DNA from: Paecilomyces variotii
Lineage: Eukaryota
Assembly (NCBI GenBank): GCA_004022145.1
Contig: RCNU01000007.1
Strand: one strand, 5' to 3'
Length of the DNA stretch: 64,000 bases
In this document: positions 53,445-64,000 of the stretch, piece by piece
How positions within the stretch are numbered: position 1 is the first letter of the stretch
How the letters are laid out: each line of letters starts with the position of its first letter
The notes under the pieces: generated by a model
What the model was told of the DNA's origin: nothing
Databases searched by the model: none
What the model saw: the letters and a program-made list of their open reading frames with translations, nothing else
Translations under genes and position numbers: made by a program

Positions 53445-54775
53445 ATGAGTGCAACAACTTCCAAGGAAGATCCCATTGTTATAGTTGGAGCAGGGGTTTT
53501 CGGCCTCTCTACAGCCCTGGAGCTATGTCAGCGGGGATACAAGAATGTGACCGTACTCGATCGGATGTTACCACCAGTTCCAGATGGTAGTAGCGTCGAT
53601 ATCTCTCGCATCGTGCGCTATGACTATTCCGATCCGTTTTACATGAAGCTGGCGCGAGAAGCTGTGCAAAGCTGGGGATCGGGTCCATTTCATCCTTACT
53701 ATTATAACACTGGATTTGTTTTGACCTCAGAGGAGAAAAGCGATGCATTTTTGGAGAAGCTTAAAGGTTTGCTGCGCAGCCAGGGGCAAACTTTCAAGGA
53801 CTTCCAAACTACGCAGCAACTTATCGACGAATTCCCGCATCTAAAAGATGTGAAGCAAGAATTCACCGGATATATAAATCCAAACGCTGGCTGGGCGGAT
53901 GCAGCGGGTGCCATCACTGCGCTGGCTGCACGATGCAGTGAACTTGGAGTATCGTTCGTCACAGGCCCTCGGGGGACAATGACATCGCTCAGGATCGATG
54001 ATTCCAGAGTAACCGGTGTTCATGTTGCAAAGGGCCCACCAATTTCGAGCTCGAATGTGATTCTCGCGACGGGAGCTTGGTCTAATCAATACCTGGACCT
54101 AACTCATGCAGTCTCGTCATCAGCCCAACCGGTTGGGTTTATCCAATTGACATCGGAAGAAGCAGCAGAGATTTCTCGAATGCCAGTGGTTATCAACATG
54201 ACCTCTGGATTCTTCGTGTTTCCTCCAACTCCACACACGAACATTCTGAAAGTAGCCCGCCACAGTCACGGATTTGATACATCTATCCAAGTGGATGGGC
54301 GGACTATTTCTTCTCCGAAACGGGATGTCAACAATGCTGCGTCGTCCTATCTACCCGACGATGCAGACGAAGCTCTGCGTGAAGGACTCCGCCAAATTCT
54401 TCCCAAGCTAGCTGATAAGCCGTGGGTGCGCCGGAGGTTGTGTTGGTACACAGACACTCCCCAAGGCGACTTTGTGGTCGACAACCACCCGACAATAAAG
54501 GGTCTATTTATTGCAATTGGAGGTGCTGGCCAGTAAGTACATAGATTCCCATCATCACAGTCAAGATCTAACGTTCGTCCAGTGGATTCAAGTTCCTTCC
54601 TATTCTTGGAAAGTATATTGCCGACTGCTTCGAGGATAAAGCGTCCACAGAGGTGAGACAGAAATGGAGATTGGAAAAGAGCAGTCAGACTACAGGACCA
54701 ATGGTATGCAATGATGGAAGTCGACGCGGTCCTGCACGCAGGCTGTTGACTGCACAAGAGCAAGCGAAGTTGTAG
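53445..54775 (+). CDS. FAD-dependent oxidase, sarcosine/pipecolate/fructosyl-amino-acid oxidase (MSOX/MTOX) family, peroxisomal
   Basis: IVIVGAGVFGLSTA (GxGxxG), SSVDISRIVRYDY, ILATGAWS, RLCWYTDT (flavinylation Cys), GGAGHGFKFLP across intron ~54533-54582, C-terminal AKL (PTS1). Confidence 0.92.
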
Positions 54776-55653
54776 AGAATGCACGTCTAGTGTGCATATA
54801 GGAGAGAATATATACTTTCTAAGACGCCTAAGCGCGGGGATCAGTGCAACAACTAAACCTTCTCATTTCAACATAGGCATCTTTTATTATTTCTTCTTCA
54901 ATTGTGAGTTTCTGACTAGATCCTTCAATCGCTTTTGAGTAGTCTTCTATTATAGTACAATGTCAGTTAGTAGCAGCCACAGTTGTCCGATTCTAACCTA
55001 TAGTGAAATTTTAGGTCCCTGTTTCTGACCTGTCTGTGGACTAAGAACGGTGCAAGGTCATACTGTGGATTCAACTATGGGAAAGTGACTGCAGGATTTC
55101 TGGTCACCGCCTGGGGCGCAGGATTGCCATGTTTCAGTTTCTACTCGTCGTCACCCGCGAGAGGTCCTCAACAACTGGATATGGACTGAAGCGCGCCGCG
55201 CCTATGTGACTTTCGTGGTTCCGCAATGTAGAGTGTCCAGTTCTCGCTCCCACAAGCCCTATCATCTTATTGTGTCCAATGGCTTGTCCGAACTACGAAC
55301 ATTGGCTTAGTCAGAGAGAATCGTTGAAGCTACAGTCGTTCTAGGGACCTGCAACTAAACGTAGAGGATGCAATCAGGAACAAAACACTGGCACTACAGG
55401 AGACTTATGTGGGTACTGGGTAGAGACTGCGATGGGCCCAAATGGTTTCATGTCCTCATCCATAATAATCGGAATTGATGGGCTTATTGATCACGCGAAT
55501 CAGTGGCGTTTTGTTTTGGCCCATGCTCACAAGAATAGGAGCTCGAGGTATCATCCCATTTAAGTACCTGATAGAGTTCTGTCGACTTGTTTGTTAGAAA
55601 AATAGGAGACACTTATGAGGAACAGACTCACCGGATATATATCAAAAACGGTT

Positions 55654-56190
55654 TCAAAACCATTCCTGATCTTTATCTTCGACGTATACTTTCGGAGGAG
55701 TACTTCTCCCATCAATGAAAACCGTCCCTCTTTGAGGAACGCCGTGGCCCCCAGCACTAATTTCATATGGAATGAGCTTTGGCAGCGGGTTATCTTCCAC
55801 ATTTTCCAGAAGAATACTCTCGATGAGTTCTTTTTGATCTGGCAATGCGATATTGCCCAAATAGATTCCAAATACAATGCCTGATTTTTTAATTTCAGGT
55901 CCCAAGCGAAAGTCTTTTTCTCTGCGATAGACTTCTAAAAATTCGGTCATCATTTCACGTACGTGGTTTTCGCCGGCGCTGGGATCATTTGTAATAGTAG
56001 GCAACGGTGATATATGGCCCAGGATAGCACCTTTGACAGACACCATCATAACAGCCGAGCAGCTGTTCAAATTCTTCGTTCCAATAGCCTTTGGTGCTTG
56101 GTCGAAAGAAACGGAACCGACTTTATTCATGTGTACTTCATACGCTTGTCCTCTGCCCAAGGCTTGCTCGAAAAGCGAAAATTGAGACAT
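55654..56190 (-). CDS. Hypothetical protein with CheD/CNF1-like deamidase Cys-His motif (178 aa)
   Basis: Intronless ORF from MSQFSL; AIGTKNLNSCSAVMMVSVKGAILGHISPLP resembles CheD TxxLGSCVAV...GxxH..LP. Confidence 0.65.
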   Translation of the reverse strand: MSQFSLFEQALGRGQAYEVHMNKVGSVSFDQAPKAIGTKNLNSCSAVMMVSVKGAILGHISPLPTITNDPSAGENHVREMMTEFLEVYRREKDFRLGPEIKKSGIVFGIYLGNIALPDQKELIESILLENVEDNPLPKLIPYEISAGGHGVPQRGTVFIDGRSTPPKVYVEDKDQEWF

Positions 56191-57355
56191 CTTGAGAATA
56201 CAACTTTCAGACAGTGATCCTTTATGGTGTAGGGTAAACAGACAAGGCAGAATATTTTCGACGATCGAGAACGGCGGAGGCGAACGCAGCGAGTCGAAAT
56301 AGTAGCATTTCATAGCGGCCCATAGCCGCGGTAATGAGCCGTTTATTTTTGAATCGTTCTCCTCCCATTAGTCTGCAGGGAATATAATTAGTTGGCTTGA
56401 TCAAGGGTCAATCACGCGTTAGGCATTGCCTATGACTATACGCTAATGCAAGCTCATCCTCAGAGCAAGGGTTCAAAAGCATGAATCAATCACCAGACGC
56501 TTTGTCAGGTCGATGTCAAGCCCAGAGAGGTTGCGACGAATTGCCCCCAGGGCTGTCTTTGTCCCCCCACTCCAACGACCTCTCCGTCATCCCTTCCTAG
56601 TTAGATTATTATATGTACGCAGAGATCTAGGATATTAGAAGGCTCTCTTCGATGTATCCCACTGATCTTGTCCGTTAAACACAAGGTGGCAATTCCAGGG
56701 GCTACCTCGTCGGGTTGGGACTAGGATTAATTATCTCGGGATTACAATCTACGGGTGATAGCTCGCATATTCGGCAACCGCATTCGCACGGAAAAGCAGC
56801 TGCGTATCCAAGGTGCCTAATACAGGCAAGTAATTTTGGTCCAATGGTCTGAAAGCACGCTCTGTACCTACCTAGTTAACGTGCCCCATTTGCTGCCTAA
56901 CCCAACCACTATCCCACGGCGCTTAAAAGCCGCACCTTCGACTCTTGCATTAGTATTTCATAGTTTGCGAATAACGTGATTTACTCTCGAGTAGATTAAA
57001 CTCCTAACTGAATTAGTGCTACATTGCATATAAATTACCTACATTAACAGCGCAATATTTTAGCCACAACTTGAATGAGAAGAACTAGGTAGGTAATCTT
57101 TATTATATAATATCTATATCTTTCTAGGAAATTTCTTCCAAAGATTTATAATTCCCTTAATGATATAAAATACTAGAAATAACTGTCGGTGATGGGTTTC
57201 TCCCACGCATTTCTAGCTCCACCCACAGAGATAAACAGGCTGAGATAGTTGCTAGAGAATACAAGCTCGGCGAGCTTCGCTCCAGAATAACTAAACAACA
57301 TCGAAAATTTATATCTGGCTATTAGTATGCTTCGGAAATAATTGCAACCCGAGGA

Positions 57356-58297
57356 ATGGTAAGGCAGGGATCGGCAAGCCGTCACCTGATGAATGCCAAG
57401 GCCGGTGAACATAGAAGAGCGTACAACCGCCAGCGCTTCCCAAGCTCTCTACCTCTATCCAGATACAGCAAAATTCCACTATTTTCAGTGCAAATGGAGG
57501 ATCTTTATAACGCAATCACCGATGGCAGGGATGATGACGCCATCGAATTGCTTGATCGCGATGTCCCCATGACCATTAACCACTTTGCCCTTGCTACCCG
57601 AATGAAACGTTACAAGATCGTTGACGATTTCATTCAGCGAGGTTGGGATATCGATACACACGTCGATAGTCTAACGCCCTCGTGCCTTGTGTAAGCAGCA
57701 ACTCGCTCGATTTGCAGCTTGGCGGATCTAATAAAATACAGGTATACATTCGACGACATCAAGCTGCTGAGATGGTTTTTGGATCATGGCGCCAGTCCAA
57801 ACAAAAGATGCCTCATCCGAGATTACACTCCGCTGTCTTGTGCTGTTCAACACGCGTCGTTTGAAGCAATTCAACTCCTCTTCCAACACGGCGGATCAAT
57901 TGAGCATGGACAGCTGCTGCATTATGCTTCGTTGAGATCCCATCCAGACAACCTTGAAGTCCTGAAATATATATATGACAAGAACCCGAATTTCAATGCG
58001 GCCATTATCAACAAGCTTCTCGATGAAAATTCGCCTCGAGATTTCGCACATAACTACAGGGCTGGACTTGGGACACCGCTCCATTTCGCCGCTTTACAAG
58101 GCTCTTTGGAATGCGTAAGATTCCTAGTGGAGAAAGGAGCCAATCCTTGGATACAGGATCCGTACCGTAAGACTGCATTAAGTATTGCTATTTACGCAAA
58201 CCATGAACCAGTTATTAGGTTCTTGAAAAGTCTCAAGGACCATGAATGGGGACAATATCCTCGCCATACGCAGGCAGCAGCAGGTATAGTGGCTTGA
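57356..58297 (+). CDS. Ankyrin-repeat protein
   Basis: FIQRGWDID, WFLDHGASPN, TPLSCAV, GTPLHFAALQGSLECVRFLVEKGANP, KTALSIA. Intron ~57691-57741. Confidence 0.88.
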
Positions 58298-59019
58298 TAT
58301 ATCTTGTGTATCTTAGGTCCAGATGATCAAAACTTCATTACACTAAGGTTATGGAACAGCACGCAGATATCTAATTCCGAATAGTGAGCTTTCTAGAGGA
58401 ATTTTAGTAGCTAGTTAGACAAAGCTTTATCTAATTTAAGCTTCCCCTCCTTGTTAGGAATACGAGCTTCTTAACATCTTAACATCTTCAGTTTAAGCCC
58501 TTGAGATAGAACAATAAGTTAACTTCACCCCGAACAATAAGGTCGAACATTGAACCAATCAACATGACTATCGACGGTCTTAGTTCCTAATACGATGATT
58601 GGATATCTATTCACGCTCCGTTGTATCTGCCAGCCCGCCGGAGACCTGCGCTCATGTGACCGGCCTCCGGGACAATCCCCGCTGCAAGATGCTTGATAAG
58701 AAACACTCGACACTCAAAATACTCCACGATCTCGAGTATCGAGACCTTCCTTTGAGTCACACGAGCAGTTACCCTAAAGACACGTCATATACATATATCT
58801 TGTGGAGCATCAGTTGAGTCTCGAATCCTCCTGGACCGGTCTCTAACTCATTAGGATACGCTTTCCTAATCTGGGATTCGTACCCGGTGGATCAGCGTCG
58901 ACCCCCGCATCAACAGACCAGATTGTATCGCATCTAGCTATTTATTATTATCGTGATCCATGCATTGCGATTGCAGAATTTAGGGTCGTAAAAAACAACG
59001 TATAAACAACCACTCCATC

Positions 59020-59702
59020 ATGGGGTTGATTCCAGAACAACACGTCATCCCGCCAAATAAGTATGCATTGAATAGTTCATTCCCGGTCCTTATTTACCGC
59101 GATGCGTTACCGTTGCCCTTATCGGAGGAGAAAACGACGCAGTTTCTAGAGGCGAATGAGTGGGAGAAACGCGGGGTATGGGGCCATATCCCTGTGAGAC
59201 ATTTCCATCCGAATACACATGAGTGTTATGGTATGTCTGTCTGTCTGTCTGTCTTTGTATGTATGTATGTACAATGGTGTCGAATGTTTGCTTATGATGG
59301 GACACGATAGGTGTATTTCAGGGTGAATCCAGACTTCTTTTAGGCTGCGGACAGAGCGATGAAGATGGAGGTCTTGAGGTCGACGTCTATGCTGGAGATG
59401 TAATCGTCCTGCCGGCGGGAACTGCGCATTGTTGTCTTCAGAGCACCAAGGATTATCGGTACATCGGCGTTTACCCCAAGGTTCGTAACAACTATGGCTC
59501 GAGCGCACTGCTTACTTTTCATGTACTGTACATCGCGACTGATTGACCATCGCAGGAGTGCCCGCGTTGGCGCAATGAGCTTGGAAAGGATCCACTCGAT
59601 GTAGAGGGTCTTCGAAATGAAATATCTTCGGTCCCCATACCGAACCATGATCCTGTGTTAGGGAAGGATGGTGCACTGGTGACCTTGTGGAAGTCTTCAT
59701 GA
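59020..59702 (+). CDS. Cupin-domain protein (YjlB-like)
   Basis: NSSFPVLIYR, HFHPNTHECYG (cupin motif 1), GDVIVLPAGTAH (motif 2), IGVYP, DPVLG. Introns ~59231-59310 and ~59482-59555. Confidence 0.88.
59231..59271 (+). repeat. Compound microsatellite (GTCT)n/(GTAT)n in cupin intron 1
   Basis: GTATGTCTGTCTGTCTGTCTGTCTTTGTATGTATGTATGTA. Confidence 0.7.
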
Positions 59703-59752
59703 AAATTCGTAATATGGATGGTTATTGGTGCATATATTCTATCTGCCTGGGA

Positions 59753-62197
59753 CTATAAATTTCCTGAGTCCCAAAATCCTAGATACGAACTAGAGTGATC
59801 CTGTAGTGGAAAGAAAGGGTCATGTGTGATATCCATGATCGAGACATTCCCCAAGAATGCTGGTCCTTGCCAGCTTGCAATATCCGACTGATGAAGCTGT
59901 GACGGATGTTGGGCTACTGACGGCTGTCTAGATAGTCTCTCTTCCGTGTTTTCTGGGTTACTGCTTGTGTGATTTGCCCGAGCACGGTTTCGGGACATGG
60001 CGCGATCAGAATAAGGGGGCAGCTCTTGTCCTCCATTGGAAGTGTCAGCCTCGGCTGTAGGTCGATGGAATATCTGTGTCTCGACTGTTTGTTCATCGTC
60101 AGATTCGTTATTCTGGTCTTGTACAAGTGATGGATCGAAAAGGCCCCTGCCAGGTCTGTGAGAGCCTCTATGAGGGCATGTATAATCAAGAATATCCCAC
60201 ATCAATGCTGTCTTGATCGACACAGTCCTACAGCTAGCATCGTGTGCTGCAGACTGCCCGCCGGAACCTAACGCTGATTGAATAAGGGTGTCTAAGCGTT
60301 CATACTATATCTTGTATCAGTTTTGTCAGGTCTAGAGGGTTGTGTGGTATACGAACCATCGAATGGCAGAGTGGCCAGACAATGCCCAAGTCGCTTATAA
60401 ATGTCATGCACTTTGATAACTTTGTCTGTGCCGAGGTCCGGACACGGCTATCGGCTGCACGACAGTAATAAAGGTGTATAGTTGCCGAAACCGCAGCAGT
60501 ATGTGCAATGAATGGATCGGACACTGGGTATTCCTTTTCAGTTACCATTTCAATCAATCGGACAATCCACGTCGAATGAAGCAGGGCCAGCTCTGAAGAC
60601 GTCTTCCAGAAGGTATTGGGTACTGCAAGCTGGATAGATTGATGCGGGCGTGCCGAATATAAGAAGGGATGGTTTAGGACGCTATGAATGGCATGATATG
60701 CGAATTGCAAGTACAGCCACGGACTCCAGAATTCCCGGTTGCGATGGAGTTCATCTCGAGAACGCTCAGAGAAGCGAGCCGCGTCGTATCGATAATGTGT
60801 CGGAAAATTCGTCTCAAGGTCCATTAGATGAGCTCCAATAACGGCATAGCCTGAATCTGGCGACCAAGGGGGCTTCAAGTTGCCATCAGCACAGCGTGCG
60901 ACGTAATCCCGTACCTCCTTCCATAATGATGACTGCTGAACCATATATGTCCATATCCCTCCCCGTTGAGATTCGTGTTCACCTAATGTCTCTCTGGGTG
61001 TCAAGGGCGGAGGTTTACTGGATTCGTAGAACGGATCTTGTTTCGATCCAACGTACTTCGGTTTGTTTATGTCCTCCAACATATTCAAGGCCATAGACCT
61101 TCGTGAGTAGAGTTGGTTCAACAGGTGGATGCTGTAGTACACTCGTCTCTTAGATTCGAGTATGGATTGAGCATCTTCTTGATTTGTCTCGATGTCCATA
61201 TTCGAGTTTCGAATCAGAGAGTTAACGAGGTCGATATGAAGCCACGCCAGATGCGTGTCCAACGCTGTAAACTGTCAGCACTTTCCGTGCCGAGTTTCGC
61301 CAAAATAACTCACCAACAAAATTAGCTAGAGCAAGCAGACAGAGGCTCTGGATGGTTGTAAGTTTGACTGTACCCTGGGCAATCCTGAACATGATAAGGC
61401 CTCTCGCGATCTCGCCGTATTTATGAGCGAATACCTGAGACTGTCCATCAAAGTATGCATGACTTGAGTATCGAGCCGCAAGTGCCAGTAACGAAAATAT
61501 AAGCTCTTCGGTGCAGTTGACAAGAGATGGGATATCATTATCGTCGAAGAGCCATAGCGGTTGTCGATGACAGTATGTAAAGTATTGTTGCACCACGTCA
61601 AAGACAACGTCTCTAGGGGGTAACGAATCGGAACTACAGTCATTAGTCTTCGATCAATATCTTGTTGAGAGATATCTTACTTTGATGATGCCGCAGTTCC
61701 AGGCATTTGGTGCGCCGGTGATTCCGGTGTTGTCTGATGACTGAACGATCTCCTTGTGTTTGATTGAGGTGTTCTACCTCGAACCGAAGGCTGTGGGCTG
61801 TATTATGGTTACCTATATGTTCAATATAGATAGAGTTATAGTTCACATACATTGCTCTCTCTAACATGAGCTGCATCTTTTCCTCCAGCTGTGCCAGCCG
61901 CCCTTCCTTGTCCGAGTCAGTTCGTTCTTTAGATGACATTAGCAGACATACCATGTCTAGCTGGCCACCCAACGGTTGCCGCTGGTCAGATTGAGCGCTG
62001 GTGCCTGCATAATTGCAAACTTGATACAGTCTTGTGCAGGTTGAGCAAGATGGTCGTTCCCCTGGACACCGCGTCTTCTTCCTCCTGTATGGATTAGTGG
62101 ACATCCATGGCTGCAGATATATTTAATCTTCTCACCTGCAATTCTCACAGGCCTGGTGCATGCGTTTGGCTACGCGGGATCTATTTGATGATGACAT
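59753..62197 (-). CDS. Zn(II)2Cys6 fungal transcription factor with fungal-specific TF middle region
   Basis: ACENCR | RKKTRCPGERPSCSTCTRLYQVCNY binuclear cluster; YFTYCHRQPLWLF, IQSLCLL, ESKRRVYYSI. Multi-exon. Confidence 0.92.
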
Positions 62198-62715
62198 GAT
62201 GGCCGATCATGATCCTTCTCTAATCAACACTACCTTTATCGCGTTGTAGGTTGGCGGGCGGGGTTGGTACCTACTACCTTAGGATCGCCTGTCAATGCGG
62301 TTCACGTAATCAACTTGAGGCGAGCCATAGCGAGTTGAATCAACGAATTATTGAGAAAATCAAGCTCGAAGCTGTACTGCTTGTACAGGACGTTTTTAGA
62401 GGAGGCAATCTGACAGAGGAAGTGCATGAGGTTGGCGACCTTGGAACGGTGGACTTGCTGGGCCGCTCACTTACGATACGGCATCGTCGGCTCAGACACG
62501 GTATTTACCGGAGAATTACTTACCAGTAGTCAACACTACAGCTGCATCTACACCTACCTAGGTATTCTGCATGCTGCTTGATCGATGGAATTTTGTACTC
62601 TTCGCTATTATACCTACATCTCCAGGCTATGAGAAACCAGTTATAAATGTGATTAAAAGTCCTTGACGGTCGATATGTTACCAAGCACAACAGATTTTAT
62701 TATTCGACTTCGTGG

Positions 62716-64000
62716 CTACCAGGCCAGCTGCGCAGCTTTCTCTGGCTCACAAGCAAGGCCGGAGCAAAACGCGATATCTTCATCAGTAGCTTGCAGTCCT
62801 GCCAAGGGTTGACTAGCCGGCCAGATTTCCCGGTTCTCTGCTGCCTCCTTTTCCCGATGCTCTTTCACAACTTTTCGAACGACGCTCTGAAAATATAGAG
62901 GACCCTTTTCTAATTCAGGATGAAGCTGCCCGTTAACGAAAACCCCTGCCTTTAAATTTCTCTGTGTGTTGTTGCACAAGATCTTATCTTCATTCAGCAC
63001 GCGCTTGAAGAATGAATCGACGTGCTCGAATTCTTCATCAGTAGCGTCCTTATGACGATACACTTCATACTCCATCGAAACAGTTGTCACTGACGTGGGA
63101 ACACATCGCATGAGATAGAAGAAATGCGGTCTGTAGAATTGTCAATGCACATAACACAAACATTATCTACCTCATCCACTTACGAAACAGTCATGCAGGA
63201 ATTTGGGAAATAATAGGTGCTGGCGACCTTGACGTCCTCGGACTCTTTAATACCAGCTTTCGGTCTGGAGAAGTGCTGGATATGCCCGCCTTTGGGTTCG
63301 ACATAATAGTACGAGAGATCCGCTATATTCGCAACATCTGGATGTGCAACTGTGCAATGGTAGCACTCATTGTAATTGTCGGCGAGGGTTTTCCAGTTAT
63401 AGTCGCCTTTCATCTCCCACGTGTGATCGAATCTGTACTGGCTGAAATCGAAATTCCGGAACCTCTCTTGTCTATCCACCCCAATAAAATCATCATTCCA
63501 TGCAACAGTCGGTGTTGATGATGCGTCTAGGTTCACCCAGACGAAACCGCAAGCATCGACATGAACATGGATTGGCAAAAGTCCGTGGTTCTCCCTTTGG
63601 AAGCCTGGGACGTCTTCAAATCGAGGAGCTTTCGCAAGCTTTCCATTTATCCCATATGACCAGCCGTGGTACTTGCAAGCAAAGATTCTAGCGTTCCCTT
63701 GGTCTTCAGTCACGACTGGATACGCCCGATGGCGACAGACGTTGTGGAAACCATTCAGGTTGCCATCGCGATCAAGACAGAGGACAAAAGAAAAGCCTGC
63801 TTCTTCAAATCGAAGGAAATCTCCCGGCTTGGTGAATCTCAATTTATGCGTGATGAACAACCATTTCTTGGAAAATATGGCGCGTCTCTCCAGCTCATAC
63901 ATCTGCGGAGAGCGGTACCAAGAGGCTGGCAGAGCTCTCAGTTGTGCGTCACTTGATTCTGGGGTTATAGGAGAGCTTTCCTCTCCTATATTGAGGCCTC
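62716..64000 (-). CDS. Rieske non-heme iron monooxygenase (choline monooxygenase/GbcA/CntA-like alpha subunit), 5' end outside window
   Basis: ALPASWY...ERRAIF; Rieske CRH...CKYHGW; mononuclear Fe site NWKTLADNYNECYHCTVAHP and ED; intron ~63131-63183. Confidence 0.93.

Noticed and set aside
56700..57180. Similarity to the reverse complement of the 4.7-5.1 kb relic (TTAATTAT..CGRGATT, TAGGTAGG)
   Set aside because: Matches are short and not clearly collinear; could be chance.
45300..58500. Starship element inserted at the 5S gene
   Set aside because: The 5S is full length and no DUF3435 tyrosine-recombinase captain or split 5S halves are visible in the window.

Overview
Fungal (Eurotiales-like, filamentous ascomycete) genomic DNA with spliceosomal introns, in four zones. 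(1) 1-6.5 kb accessory-looking DNA: an alpha-arrestin-like gene with an in-frame stop, two orphan ORFs, a candidate Helitron 3' end and a small RING-H2 gene. (2) 6593-27670: a 21 kb AT-rich, RIP-destroyed nest of three Ty3/Gypsy chromoviruses, with all six LTRs and all three 5-bp TSDs readable. (3) 28-44.5 kb: a GPR1/FUN34 pseudogene, then conserved genes (RVS167, NFS1, IDO/BNA2, CsbD-like stress protein, secreted metallophosphoesterase, MFS transporter). (4) 45-64 kb accessory/metabolic DNA: an intact 5S rRNA gene enclosed in ~320-bp inverted repeats, three diverged PD-(D/E)xK nuclease-fold paralogues (one with an intact catalytic motif, two degenerate), a CheD/CNF1-like deamidase divergent from an ankyrin gene, and a putative N-methyl-amino-acid/betaine catabolic cluster (peroxisomal sarcosine-oxidase-like flavoprotein, cupin, Zn2Cys6 TF, Rieske monooxygenase). 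All calls are by-eye motif recognition; no searches were run.
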